A stretch of DNA of 48,569 nt from an uncultured Bacteroidales bacterium (GCA_964293155.1 CAXYYA010000028.1:1-48569), one strand, 5' to 3'; positions 9,985-20,090 are shown, counted from the stretch's first letter. Made by a program: numbers and translations. The notes: generated from the sequence alone by a model not told the origin.

Positions 9985-11580
9985 TTAGCTACTGCACACC
10001 TGCAAAGCGGCCGGAACAATATCAATGGTTACGGGAGTTGTGCCGCTGATCTCACCGTCAATTACCAGTTTCTGCGTCGGGTGTGTATCTAACTCCACGT
10101 GTTTCCCCTGAAAATGCTTCACGAATTCGCTACCTTCGGTAGGTTTGTCTTTGAGCAACTGCACCAATGTTTCGGCGGCATTTGCTTCGTTTTCCACGTT
10201 CACGATTACCGTCACGTCCAGCAGCCCGTCGTCCGGTAACGGTTCAGAACCTCCCTGTGCAAAAATGGATGTTTTAGGTGCAGTGTTTGCGATTGTTACG
10301 CTTCCGGTTTGAAACGTGTAGGTTTGATCATCAACTTTTAACGTTGCTTCAAAAATATCTTCTTTTTTAATGTGTTTTATTCCTCCGAGAATGTATCCGA
10401 AAGCGCCCCATTCGTCTTTTAAGCCGTCTTCGGCTTCTTCGGTCATTCCGCGCTCCAAACCTGCGCCTGCAAGCAAAACCATGTAAGAGTCGTTTATTTT
10501 CGCTATATCAATTTTGCGCGTTTTTCCCGAAGTGATCACGGCGCACGCCGTTTCAATGGGTTTCAACCGGATGCCATCGCCGTACAACATGGAAGCCAGG
10601 GCGTTGCTCGTCCCGAACGGAATTATTCCCATTACTGCGTCGGTATTTACCAAGGCTTGAGCCACCTGTGTTACGGTACCGTCGCCTCCGGCGGCAACCA
10701 CAAATTGCTTCCCTTCATTCACCAATTGTTGGGCAATGTCTTTAGCCTGATTTTGCTCTGTAGCTTCATGGAACGTGAGTTCGAAAAAGCTTTTCAACAG
10801 TTCGTTGACTTTATCCAGTTTTTCTTCTTTGGCTGTTCCTGCTGCTGCATTATAGATGATATGCAGTTCATCGGATTTCTTTTCCATGGATATCCCGAAG
10901 CTGTTCAGACTGGCGAATTGTCGTGTATTCGGCTTAACGTTCGGCCTGACTTTCCGGACTTCGTCAATCAAATCCTGATACGAACGCGACGGGTCCAGAA
11001 ATTTGAGATACGCCAAAAGTACGGTCACCGACCGACCTTGTCCCAATGCGCAGTGGATCAAAACTTCTTTTCCGTCTTTTCGTTGCTGATCAATCCATCT
11101 GACAGCCATTTCCAATTGGTTTTTCCGGGGACTATTGTGATCCATTACCGGGATGTTCAGATATTCTACATCACGTCCTAAAAATTGTGTTTCAATGGCA
11201 TCGAATTCAGCCGTAACGTCCAGTATGGCATTGATAGGACTCTCTTTGAGCGATTTCAGATCGGTGAACACCAACCGTCTGCTCAACCATAATCCGTCAC
11301 GGATTTCCTGCAATGGTGGCACATTGTCTCTTGATCGGGCGATCAGATTAAAAATGGTGGCGCCCAGCAAAACCGGAAATATGGCAATTTTTATGTAAAA
11401 CGGTAGTCGCCCGCCCTTGCTTTTAAAAAGCATTTCGCCGAAGTCGGCGAAATAAGCGATCGCGTAATAAAGCGATGAGAGCGATATCCAGATTAAAATG
11501 ATCTGTAGGATAAGAGGAGTGAAAAAACTAAGTACGGCAACAAGTACCGAAAAAATCAGGTAGATGTATCCTCTGTTCAT
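9985..11580 (-). CDS. Membrane-anchored fusion protein: dual-specificity/tyrosine phosphatase domain plus diacylglycerol-kinase-family (YegS-like) lipid kinase domain
   Basis: 531 aa with N-terminal TM helices. The CX5R phosphatase motif is VLIHCALGQGRSVTV. The DAGK_cat glycine motif is FVVAAGGDGTVTQV and a YegS-like C-domain follows. Confidence 0.75.
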   Translation of the reverse strand: MNRGYIYLIFSVLVAVLSFFTPLILQIILIWISLSSLYYAIAYFADFGEMLFKSKGGRLPFYIKIAIFPVLLGATIFNLIARSRDNVPPLQEIRDGLWLSRRLVFTDLKSLKESPINAILDVTAEFDAIETQFLGRDVEYLNIPVMDHNSPRKNQLEMAVRWIDQQRKDGKEVLIHCALGQGRSVTVLLAYLKFLDPSRSYQDLIDEVRKVRPNVKPNTRQFASLNSFGISMEKKSDELHIIYNAAAGTAKEEKLDKVNELLKSFFELTFHEATEQNQAKDIAQQLVNEGKQFVVAAGGDGTVTQVAQALVNTDAVMGIIPFGTSNALASMLYGDGIRLKPIETACAVITSGKTRKIDIAKINDSYMVLLAGAGLERGMTEEAEDGLKDEWGAFGYILGGIKHIKKEDIFEATLKVDDQTYTFQTGSVTIANTAPKTSIFAQGGSEPLPDDGLLDVTVIVNVENEANAAETLVQLLKDKPTEGSEFVKHFQGKHVELDTHPTQKLVIDGEISGTTPVTIDIVPAALQVCSS

Positions 11581-11687
11581 AGGATTAGCGATTGTATTTA
11601 TTTGAACTATAACAAAGTAAATTTAAAGAATAAACATTTTTAACACGGGCAAAGTTCAGAGAGTAAAGTTGTTTTTAAGTACGAAAC

Positions 11688-11724
11688 AAAAAGCGCATCG
11701 CAATATTTTGCGACGCGCTTTTTG
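11688..11724. terminator. Intrinsic terminator downstream of the PhoH-like gene
   Basis: AAAAAGCGCATCGCAA-TATT-TTGCGACGCGCTTTTTG. An 11-bp stem with one G-U position, with A-run and T-run flanks (bidirectional shape). Confidence 0.65.
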
Positions 11725-11761
11725 TCTTATGTCTTATGTCTTTGTTCTTTGTTCTAACTGT

Positions 11762-13153
11762 TTACAACAGATTACTTGCCAGTTCAGAAAGCTCGCTCCG
11801 TTCACCTTTCACGAGGTTTACGTGCGCGAAAATATTTTGTCCCTTCATCTTATCAATCATATACGCAAGGCCGTTGGATTGCGAATCGAGGTAAGGTTGG
11901 TCAATTTGTTGCAGGTCGCCCGTGAACACCATTTTTGTGCCTTCGCCTGCGCGGGTGATAATGGTTTTCACTTCGTGAGGGGTGAGGTTCTGAGCTTCGT
12001 CTATAATGCAAAACGTTTCCGTGAGGCTACGGCCGCGGATGTAAGCCAAGGCTTCGATTTCCAGTTGTCCCGATTTTTGCATTTCTTCAATTACGCGCAA
12101 ATCGCCGCTGTTGGTTCCAAGTTGCGATTTGATCACGTTCAGGTTATCGAAAAGCGGTTGCATGTAAGGCGCGATTTTCTGTTTTTCGTCGCCGGGCAGG
12201 AATCCCAGGTCTTTGTTGGACAATGATACAATGGGGCGCGCAAGCAGTATCTGATGATACAGTTTGTTTTGTTTGAGCGCCGATGCCAGCGCCAAAAGGG
12301 TTTTTCCGGTTCCGGCTTTTCCGGTGAGCCCCACGAGTTTCACTTCGGGATCGTTCAACACCTTAAAAGCAAAAGCTTGTTCGGCGTTTCGCGGATGGAT
12401 GCCGAAATTGTTGTCTTTATCAACCTTTTCAACCGTTTTGGTGAACGGATTGTAGCGTGCCAATACGCTGTTGCGGTCGCTTTTAAGTATAAAACACTGG
12501 TTTGGCGCAATTTCCGTTTGAAAATTGAATTCGTCGAAATCCACCCCTTTTTGCTGTGCATAGATCTGATCAATCAAATCGGGATTCACACCCTCAATAA
12601 CGAGCTCTTCCTGTTCAAATATGTCAATGTTGGTAACTTTGTCAGTGATATAATCTTCGGCCAGCAATCCGAGCGAGCGCGCTTTCATGCGCAGGTTAAT
12701 ATCTTTGGATACTAAAATGGCTTTGGTTTTCGGATATTTTTCCGTGATGCTTTGCAAGGTGGACAGTATGCGATTATCAGGGACTCTTTCGGGGAAAGCT
12801 TGCGTAATTTTCGGATTATCAGGAATATTAACAATGTATAATTTTCCGCGTCCGACACCGAGTTCGGCTCCGTTGGTAAACAGATCATCGTCTGTTATCA
12901 GGTCCAGTTCCCGCACAAATGCGCGAGCATTAAAATTTATTTGTTCGTTGCCTTTTTTAAATTTATCCAATTCTTCCAATACCACAAAAGGAATATAAAC
13001 ATCGTTCTCTTCAAAATTATCCAAACACTTGTAGTCGTGCAGGATAACGTTGGTGTCGAGAATGAAATTCTTTTTGGGATTCCGTGAAGTTGATTTAGTC
13101 TTTACGGTTGACTTTTCGGTTGTAGCTTTCGTAGTCTTACCAGTTGTTGCCAT
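11762..13153 (-). CDS. PhoH-family ATPase with an N-terminal PIN domain (YlaK-like)
   Basis: 463 aa. The PIN-like N-terminus is NFILDTNVILHD. The Walker A is GLTGKAGTGKTLLALA and a PhoH C-domain follows. Confidence 0.85.
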   Translation of the reverse strand: MATTGKTTKATTEKSTVKTKSTSRNPKKNFILDTNVILHDYKCLDNFEENDVYIPFVVLEELDKFKKGNEQINFNARAFVRELDLITDDDLFTNGAELGVGRGKLYIVNIPDNPKITQAFPERVPDNRILSTLQSITEKYPKTKAILVSKDINLRMKARSLGLLAEDYITDKVTNIDIFEQEELVIEGVNPDLIDQIYAQQKGVDFDEFNFQTEIAPNQCFILKSDRNSVLARYNPFTKTVEKVDKDNNFGIHPRNAEQAFAFKVLNDPEVKLVGLTGKAGTGKTLLALASALKQNKLYHQILLARPIVSLSNKDLGFLPGDEKQKIAPYMQPLFDNLNVIKSQLGTNSGDLRVIEEMQKSGQLEIEALAYIRGRSLTETFCIIDEAQNLTPHEVKTIITRAGEGTKMVFTGDLQQIDQPYLDSQSNGLAYMIDKMKGQNIFAHVNLVKGERSELSELASNLL

Positions 13154-13264
13154 GTTTCGTTGCGTTTAAAGTTTTTGTACGTTTTTTCATTTCAATAAAA
13201 ACGTAAATATACTAAGAATGTTTACACGAAACGCATTTATTTCGTTTTTTGATGCGTCGTTCCA

Positions 13265-13296
13265 CAAAAAAAGCGCCATTGGCGCTCTTTATTTTC
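13265..13296. terminator. Hairpin terminator AGCGCCA-T-TGGCGCT with A/T flanks, downstream of the lipoprotein gene
   Basis: Perfect 7-bp stem flanked by AAAAAAA and CTTTATTTT. Confidence 0.55.
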
Positions 13297-13312
13297 CGAT
13301 CATTATCTTCCG

Positions 13313-13720
13313 TTATGTGAAAGTGATTTCCTGAAGCCCAAGGTCGCCAATTGTCATTTTAAGCACCAGTTGGGTTAATGAGACCGAAACCACTTCGTAT
13401 CGCGTAACAATGGCCCCGTTTTTCAGGGTAAGCAATTTTCCGTCGGTTGATAATTGCCATTCTCCGCTTTGGTTGGTTTCTGCGAAACAAATATCGGAGC
13501 CAACGTTGATGGTGTAGGTGCCATCCGCTTTAAAATCCCAGACATCGTCTTTCTGACAATCCAACAGGTCAATCGGCGCTTGCGAAGTCATTTTCCAGTT
13601 TTTTACCATCATAGCCGCTTTCGTGAGGTCGCCCTGTATTTCCTCTTTCGAGCAGGACGAAACCAATATTCCGATGAGGCTGGTTAGCAGGAAAAGCGCT
13701 AAATAATTCAATTTTTTCAC
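13313..13720 (-). CDS. Small lipoprotein, lipocalin-like domain
   Basis: 135 aa with a lipoprotein signal (ILVSSCSK). The W...DGTYT...GEWQL...L pattern is typical of Bacteroidales lipocalin-like lipoproteins. Confidence 0.5.
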   Translation of the reverse strand: MKKLNYLALFLLTSLIGILVSSCSKEEIQGDLTKAAMMVKNWKMTSQAPIDLLDCQKDDVWDFKADGTYTINVGSDICFAETNQSGEWQLSTDGKLLTLKNGAIVTRYEVVSVSLTQLVLKMTIGDLGLQEITFT

Positions 13721-13980
13721 AAGGATTACTTTTTTTGATTAATAAGTATAAAAATAGAAGTTGTGAACTTCAAAAACAGTTTCTTTTTAATATAAACGCG
13801 TGAAGCTTTGTGAATGTTAATGCTTTAAACATACTTTACGATAACATCTCGTTTTTTTGCGTTTACTAACGCTTTGTCGGTTTCTTTCACATCATTCCTT
13901 GTTTTCAGGATAAAGTTTTGAGCAGAACAATACAAAAAGTATTATCTTTGTCATCATTTTTGACTTTAAATAAAACGTTT

Positions 13981-16074
13981 ATGAAGAAAATCTTATTAGC
14001 AATTTGTTTTATGACAGCAATCACAGCTCTCCACGCGGAAGAGAATCCGTTTTTTAAACCGTACGCCACGCCTCACGAAACGCCACCGTTCGATAAAATT
14101 AAAACCGGACATTTTGAACCGGCTTTCGATAAGGCGATACAGGAACACGAACGTCAAATTGATGCTATCGCAAACAACGCCCAGGCGCCTACTTTCGCGA
14201 ACACTATTTTGGCTATGGAGTATTCCGGCGAATTGTTGAACAAAGTGAGCAGCGTGTTTTTCAATCTGTTAAGTGCCGAGAGCAACGATGAGATGATGGA
14301 AATATCGCAACGCTTGAGCCCGAAACTTTCGGAACACGGCAACAACATCAACCTCAACGAAAAACTTTTCAACCGAGTGAAAGCGGTTTATGATGTCCGC
14401 AACACATCGGGACTTACGCCGGAGCAGATCCGCTTGGTGGAAAAATATTATCAGGGGTTTGAAGACAGCGGCGCTACGCTTTCTCCCGAAGACAAAGCGA
14501 AATACAGGAAATTATCAGCGGAGTTGAGCCTGGCATCGTTGGAATTCGGGCAAAACAGTTTGAAAGAGACCAATAAGTACGAGATGCTGCTTACCGATAA
14601 AGCCGATCTTGCCGGACTTCCCGAAAGCGTGCTGGACGCCGCTGCGGCCAAAGCCAAATCGAAAGGAAAGGAAGGCTGGATGTTCGATTTGTCTGCGCCC
14701 AGTTACATCGGTTTTATGAAGTACTCATCGCGTCGCGATCTGCGCGAAAAACTCTACATGGCCTACAATACCAAAAGTGTGATGGGTGGCGAGTTCGATA
14801 ACCAACAGAACGTGGAAAAGATCGTTAACCTGCGGTTACAGATCGCTAACCTGCTCGGATACAAAACGTATGCCGATTATGCGCTGAAATACCGCATGGC
14901 AAAAAATCCCGGTGGCGTTTACAACCTGCTCAACGATCTGGCAAAAGCCTATGGCCCCGTTGCCGCAAAAGAATTCAACGATGTGCAGGCTTACGCCTCC
15001 GAAATGGAGGGAAAACCGGTTGATATTCAGCCGTGGGACTGGAGTTATTATTCCGATAAACTGAAAGACGAACGTTTTAGCGTGAACGATGAACTGGTTC
15101 GCCCGTATTTCGAGTTGGAACGTGTGAAAAAAGGCGTTTTCGGACTGGCTACCGACCTTTACGGTTTAACGTTTGTGAAAAATCCCGACATCCCCGTTTA
15201 TCATCCCGAAGTGGATGCGTATGACGTGATGGACGAAAACGGCAACTTCCTCGCCGTGCTTTTCACCGACTTCCATCCCCGCGATGGCAAGCGCGCCGGC
15301 GCCTGGATGACGGAGTATAAAAGCCAGTGGGTGAGAGACGGAAAAGACAGCCGTCCGCACGTATCGCTGGTGATGAATTTTACCCGTCCTACCGAAACCA
15401 AACCCGCATTGCTCACTTTCGACGAGGTAGAGACTTTCCTCCACGAGTTTGGACACGCCCTGCACGGAATGCTTTCGCGCGGAAACTACGAATCGCTGAG
15501 CGGAACCAACGTTTACCGCGATTTTGTGGAACTGCCGTCGCAAATCATGGAAAACTGGCTGGTGGAAAAAGATTACCTCGACAAATTTGCCGTGCACTAC
15601 AAAACAGGTGAGAAAATGCCTGCCGAACTGGTTCAAAAGATCATTGACGCGGCCAACTACAACGCCGGTTACCTTTGCCTGCGGCAATTATCGTTCGGCT
15701 ACCTGGATATGGCCTGGCACACGTTAGATAGCCCTTTCGCCGGCGATGTTCGTGCATTCGAGCATGCCGCCATGGATAAGGTGAAAGTGCTTCCGGTGAT
15801 ACCCGAAACCTGCATGTCCACATCGTTCGGACACATTTTCTCGGGCGGATACGCCGCCGGATACTACGGTTATAAGTGGGCGGAAGTGTTGGATGCCGAT
15901 GCATTTTCGGTATTCCGTAAAAACGGTATTTTCGATAAAAAAACGGCCGCATCGTTTCGCCGCAACATTCTTGAAAAAGGCAACTCGCAAGAGCCGATGA
16001 CGCTGTACAAGAATTTCCGCGGGCAGGAGCCTTCCATCGAAGCTTTGCTCCGGAGAAACGGCGTGAAAGAATAA
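13981..16074 (+). CDS. dcp: M3-family zinc metallopeptidase (peptidyl-dipeptidase Dcp / oligopeptidase A-like), secreted
   Basis: HEFGHALH zinc motif and M3 family length. The ORF track begins at 13918, but the Met at 13981 (MKKILLAICFMTAITALHA) gives a clean signal peptide and is the more likely start. Confidence 0.85.
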   Translation: MKKILLAICFMTAITALHAEENPFFKPYATPHETPPFDKIKTGHFEPAFDKAIQEHERQIDAIANNAQAPTFANTILAMEYSGELLNKVSSVFFNLLSAESNDEMMEISQRLSPKLSEHGNNINLNEKLFNRVKAVYDVRNTSGLTPEQIRLVEKYYQGFEDSGATLSPEDKAKYRKLSAELSLASLEFGQNSLKETNKYEMLLTDKADLAGLPESVLDAAAAKAKSKGKEGWMFDLSAPSYIGFMKYSSRRDLREKLYMAYNTKSVMGGEFDNQQNVEKIVNLRLQIANLLGYKTYADYALKYRMAKNPGGVYNLLNDLAKAYGPVAAKEFNDVQAYASEMEGKPVDIQPWDWSYYSDKLKDERFSVNDELVRPYFELERVKKGVFGLATDLYGLTFVKNPDIPVYHPEVDAYDVMDENGNFLAVLFTDFHPRDGKRAGAWMTEYKSQWVRDGKDSRPHVSLVMNFTRPTETKPALLTFDEVETFLHEFGHALHGMLSRGNYESLSGTNVYRDFVELPSQIMENWLVEKDYLDKFAVHYKTGEKMPAELVQKIIDAANYNAGYLCLRQLSFGYLDMAWHTLDSPFAGDVRAFEHAAMDKVKVLPVIPETCMSTSFGHIFSGGYAAGYYGYKWAEVLDADAFSVFRKNGIFDKKTAASFRRNILEKGNSQEPMTLYKNFRGQEPSIEALLRRNGVKE

Positions 16075-16386
16075 TCGTCTTAGCGCGAGCGTCGTGCGGT
16101 TTTGAGCCGCAAGATGCATTCCGGAACGGCAGAAGAATGATAATTTGACAGAAATTGTCCGTAAACGTCCTCAAATATCGGGGGCGTTTTTCTTTTTTAC
16201 GTTTTTTACCGAAAAAAAACAACTAAAAACGTAAGACTTAGTTTTTTATTCCTATCTTTGCTGCGCAAAAGTTTTTATAGCAGAATCGTTTTCAAATTTC
16301 TTCTCGCAACGTTAAGCAATTGGTTAACCTCTCTTATACATTATCTTTCTGCGCAATTTTTAATTTATTTATTTTAATTTTTTTAC

Positions 16387-16704
16387 ATGAACATTTTCGT
16401 TGCAGGCTTGAGCTATCAGATTAGCGATGCCGATTTAAAAGAGCTTTTTGAGGAATATGGAGAAGTATCCTCAGCAAAAATTATTACAGACAGGGAAACG
16501 CGCCGTTCTAAAGGCTATGGCTTTGTAGAAATGGCTGATGAAGACGGACAACGTGCTATTGATGAATTAAACGGAGCAGAATACGACGGACGTACATTAT
16601 CGGTATCCGTGGCTCGTCCACGCGCCGAAGGCGGCGATCGCCCGCGCCACAACAACCGTGGTGGTTACGGAAATCGCGAAAACCGTGACAGAAACAGATA
16701 TTAA
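16387..16704 (+). CDS. RRM-type RNA-binding protein with an Arg/Gly-rich tail
   Basis: 105 aa. RNP-2 is IFVAGL and RNP-1 is KGYGFVEM, followed by an RGG-like tail. Confidence 0.85.
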   Translation: MNIFVAGLSYQISDADLKELFEEYGEVSSAKIITDRETRRSKGYGFVEMADEDGQRAIDELNGAEYDGRTLSVSVARPRAEGGDRPRHNNRGGYGNRENRDRNRY

Positions 16705-16728
16705 GGAACAAAAACTTCGATAGTATGA

Positions 16729-16765
16729 AAGACTGCTTCTGAAAATGATGCAGTCTTTTTTTATT
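16729..16765 (+). terminator. Terminator after the RRM gene
   Basis: AGACTGC...GCAGTCT stem followed by TTTTTTT. Confidence 0.5.
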
Positions 16766-16813
16766 GAACTATTTAACAGATCGAGTGTTATTAAACCAAA
16801 TTGCGACGCGCTC

Positions 16814-17509
16814 ATGAGCACTTTTTTACAAATTGAAACAGCTACACCGGTTTGTTCGGCTACCCTTTCAAAAAACGGAGAAATCGTTTACAATAAAGAA
16901 GACTTTACGGGACAATCGCATGCGGTAAAACTCGGCGTGTTTGTGGAAGAAACAATGCAACACGTCCGCCGTGAAGGGCTGCATGTGGATGCCGTTGTGG
17001 TGAGTAGCGGCCCGGGCTCTTATACCGGATTGCGCATTGGCGTGTCCGAAGCAAAAGGCCTCAGCTATGGCCTCGGCGCGCCGCTGATCGCTATCCCCAC
17101 GCCTTTGATCATGGCGCACATGTTGAAAGACGAAGTAGAAGAAGATGCTCTTCTTTGTCCGATGATAGATGCGCGGCGAATGGAAGTCTATGCCACTTTC
17201 TTCGATACTTCGCTGAACGTTGTTCGCCCCACAGCCGCCGATATTGTAACGGAAAACAGCTATTCCGACCTGTTGGAAAACCATCGCGTGGTGTTTTTCG
17301 GTAACGGAGCCGATAAGTGTAAAACGATGATCACACATCCCAACGCCCGATTTTTACCGGATGTTTATCCGCTCGCTTCGGCCATGACGGCGCTCGCCGA
17401 AAAATCTTTCACAGAAAAAGATTTCGTGGACACGGCTTATTTTGAACCTTTTTACTTAAAAGAATTTGTGGCCACCGTGCCGAAAAATAAAGTATTGTCT
17501 AATATATAA
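16814..17509 (+). CDS. tsaB: tRNA threonylcarbamoyladenosine (t6A) biosynthesis protein TsaB (YeaZ-like)
   Basis: Kae1/YeaZ fold motifs are present (VVSSGPGSYTGLRIG). The track ORF starts at 16745 inside the upstream terminator, so the start was moved to the Met at 16814 (MSTFLQIETATPV). Confidence 0.8.
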   Translation: MSTFLQIETATPVCSATLSKNGEIVYNKEDFTGQSHAVKLGVFVEETMQHVRREGLHVDAVVVSSGPGSYTGLRIGVSEAKGLSYGLGAPLIAIPTPLIMAHMLKDEVEEDALLCPMIDARRMEVYATFFDTSLNVVRPTAADIVTENSYSDLLENHRVVFFGNGADKCKTMITHPNARFLPDVYPLASAMTALAEKSFTEKDFVDTAYFEPFYLKEFVATVPKNKVLSNI

Positions 17510-17514
17510 ATTAA

Positions 17515-17703
17515 TTGATTATGAGCGATTTTAAAATTAAAGTTCAGCCCAACGGCCCGCTTATCGTGACCGGAAAATTCAAATTGGAATTACAAAACGG
17601 AACAGTTGAAGAAAAAGAAACGGCCACGCTTTGTCGTTGTGGACATTCGCAGAATAAACCTTTTTGCGACGGATCGCACCGGAAAGTTGGTTTTGAAGGG
17701 TAG
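17515..17703 (+). CDS. CDGSH iron-sulfur domain protein
   Basis: 62 aa containing CRCGHSQNKPFCDGSH. Confidence 0.75.
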   Translation: MIMSDFKIKVQPNGPLIVTGKFKLELQNGTVEEKETATLCRCGHSQNKPFCDGSHRKVGFEG

Positions 17704-17744
17704 AGGGAAAAGGTCTGTACAACATTTGTTATAAAATTATTTTT

Positions 17745-17960
17745 ATGATTATCCGCAAAGTGTCCTAATATCAATTGCCACGGCTTTCAAGCCGTGGAAG
17801 GTATGAATTTAATTAAATTGGCTTTAGCCGAAATTTATGTAAACTTCCCGATTGCGGAATAAGTTGGGCTAAAGCCCATCTCATAGATACATCTAATTAT
17901 CCACGCCATAAATGGCGTGGCAATTGACACGGTTAATTAGGAAGGTTTGCGGATAATCAT
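17745..17960. mobile_element. MITE-like element, outer family, divergent variant (216 bp)
   Basis: Termini are ATGATTATCCGCAAAGTGTCCTAA...GCGGATAATCAT. The subterminal hairpins are CCACGGCTTTCAAGCCGTGG and CCACGCCATAAATGGCGTGG. The central GGCTTTAGCC/GGGCTAAAGCCC palindromes are shared with the other copies. Confidence 0.65.
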
Positions 17961-18455
17961 TATTATTTTAAACGCTAAGACGCCAAGCCGCTACGTTATT
18001 TTCTCATTTAAAAGAAAGCCTGTCTCTCAGATTATTAGTGAGGTGAAAAATAACTCTTTGCGCCTTCCCGTCTTTGCGCCTTTGCGTACATAAAACGCTT
18101 TTATATGCTGATGTGCGTTATTTTTTGATGAAATGTTGTTAGCGATGTAGTCCCTATAATTATCGGATCACTTCAAACAATGATAAATTGAAAAGATTAT
18201 CATGATTTTGATACAACTTCTTCAATTAACCATAAACTTAGAAACTGTTTTGAATTTTTTCTGACGATGTTTTTTATTCATTTTTTGATGGATTTGGATT
18301 CCTGCCTGCGGCAGGCGGGTTCGTTACGAATCAAATAGCGGGCTATTTGGAAGAAAGGAAAATTCAAAGACGCAAAAAAGGGCAAAAAACAGTCTGAAAG
18401 AATCAGAAAAATAGTTAAAAAACAAGATTCGTAAAATTCAAAACAGTTTCTTACA

Positions 18456-19535
18456 ATGCAAATGAAAACAAAATCATTTTTTTTACTCTGTTGTCTTCTG
18501 TTTGTTTCACTGGTGATTTATGCCGAAACACCTCTCACCGTAAGGGGATTATGCTTAGGTGCACCGGCTAAGGACGATGTTCCCGCATTTGTGAAACTGA
18601 TTGACGAAAAACTAGCGCCCGACAGCGTGAACACGTTGGTGCTGCGCATTGATTACCGCTACGAATACAAATCGCATCCCGAGCTGAGAGCCGATAACCC
18701 GTTATCGGAAGCCGATGTGAAAAAAATTGTGGCCGCTTGCAAGCGGCACAATATTAGGGTGATCCCGCAGGTGAATTTATTAGGGCATCAATCGTGGGCA
18801 AGCCAGACAGGCAAGTTGTTGGAAGTTTATCCGCAATTCGATGAGACCCCGTCCATTAAACTGCCGAAAGATTATAAATGGCCGAATGCCGACGGATTGT
18901 ACTGTAAAAGTTACTGTCCGCAGCATCCAGAAGTGCACGATGTTGTATTCGAGGTAGTGGATGAAATTGTGCAGGCGTTTGAATCGGATGCGTTTCACGC
19001 GGGAATGGACGAAGTGTTCTACATTGCGCATCCCGATTGTCCCCGGTGCAAAGGTGAAGACCCTGCTGTTCTGTTCGCGGGCGAAGTAACGAAAATTCGC
19101 AACCATTTAGCCGATAACGGCAAGGAGCTATGGATTTGGGGCGACCGGCTGATTGATGGAAAAACAACCGGTATCGGTTTGTGGGAAGGCAGTTACAACA
19201 ATACACACCGGGCTATTGATCTTATTCCCAAAGACGTGGTGATCAACGACTGGCATTACGAAAAACCGCATCCAACACCCGTGCTTTTTGCTGCCAAAGG
19301 TTTCGATGTGATTATTTGTCCCTGGAGAATACCCGATGTTGCCGTAAAGGAGGCTGCGATGATGAAGATGCTGCGTGAAAACGCTTCGGACGAAATGCGG
19401 CCGCGATATGCAGGCATCATGCATACCTTCTGGAGCGATGCACGCACGTTTATAGACGGGATGAACAATACTACAGAAAAAGGCAAAAACGATCCTTCCG
19501 TTCAAACATTCAAGGAATTGGTGAAGGTTTGGTAG
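18456..19535 (+). CDS. Secreted GH20-like (beta-N-acetylhexosaminidase-family catalytic TIM-barrel) protein
   Basis: Signal peptide present. RGLCLGA...NTLVLRID...IRVIPQVNLLGHQSW...FHAGMDEV mirrors the GH20 RG-x-LD, H-x-H-x-D, VIPEID-x-PGH and HIGGDE pattern. Confidence 0.6.
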   Translation: MQMKTKSFFLLCCLLFVSLVIYAETPLTVRGLCLGAPAKDDVPAFVKLIDEKLAPDSVNTLVLRIDYRYEYKSHPELRADNPLSEADVKKIVAACKRHNIRVIPQVNLLGHQSWASQTGKLLEVYPQFDETPSIKLPKDYKWPNADGLYCKSYCPQHPEVHDVVFEVVDEIVQAFESDAFHAGMDEVFYIAHPDCPRCKGEDPAVLFAGEVTKIRNHLADNGKELWIWGDRLIDGKTTGIGLWEGSYNNTHRAIDLIPKDVVINDWHYEKPHPTPVLFAAKGFDVIICPWRIPDVAVKEAAMMKMLRENASDEMRPRYAGIMHTFWSDARTFIDGMNNTTEKGKNDPSVQTFKELVKVW

Positions 19536-19553
19536 CGAATGGCCGAAAAACAA

Positions 19554-19578
19554 ATAAAAAATCCCGGGATTTTTTTAT
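19554..19578. terminator. Palindromic bidirectional terminator AAAAAATCCCGGGATTTTTTT between convergent genes
   Basis: Perfect palindrome with A-run and T-run flanks. Confidence 0.5.
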
Positions 19579-20090
19579 TACTGATTCTGTCCGTAATAAA
19601 CGTCCTTTTCTGTTTGCGGGATGAGGGTGGGAGAGTACTCAACCGGAGAAAGAACGTAACTGTCGCCGAAGATAACGCGTTCGTTCTCTCTGAACGTCAG
19701 TGTTGTGTCGTCCACCATCACAAACGCGCCGGAGCCTTCCAGCAGTTTATTGTTCTTCAACAGAAAGTATTTGTCAATGTTGGAAACAAATCCTTTGGAC
19801 ATGAACCGGTAAACGCCTTTCAGCGTATCGCCCGAAATAGTGCCTTTGTATTCGCCCTGCGAGTTTTCGGCGTTGCGTAGCTTATAGAACAAAAAGCCCT
19901 TAAAATTATCGCCGGTGCGTTCCAGTTCCAGTTTAACGGTGTCTCGTTTTATTGAACCTACGTAAGACAGATACTCCGTTTTCGGAGTTGTAAGCGCCGT
20001 GGAATCAACCGTTTGGGATGTTTCGCCTCCTTTTTTAGAGGTACACGAAACTGCCATCACAAGCGCAAGTGCGAAAAATAATTGTTTCAT
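19578..20090 (-). CDS. Lipoprotein of unknown function (tandem paralog 1)
   Basis: 170 aa with a lipoprotein signal (VSCTSK). Shares GDTLKGV..FMS.G..SN.DKYFL.K...LLEG with its neighbour. Confidence 0.6.
   Translation of the reverse strand: MKQLFFALALVMAVSCTSKKGGETSQTVDSTALTTPKTEYLSYVGSIKRDTVKLELERTGDNFKGFLFYKLRNAENSQGEYKGTISGDTLKGVYRFMSKGFVSNIDKYFLLKNNKLLEGSGAFVMVDDTTLTFRENERVIFGDSYVLSPVEYSPTLIPQTEKDVYYGQNQ

Noticed and set aside
13918-13980. Upstream extension of the M3 peptidase ORF (start at 13918)
   Set aside because: The internal Met at 13981 gives a canonical signal peptide. The extension encodes no recognisable sequence and is probably untranslated.
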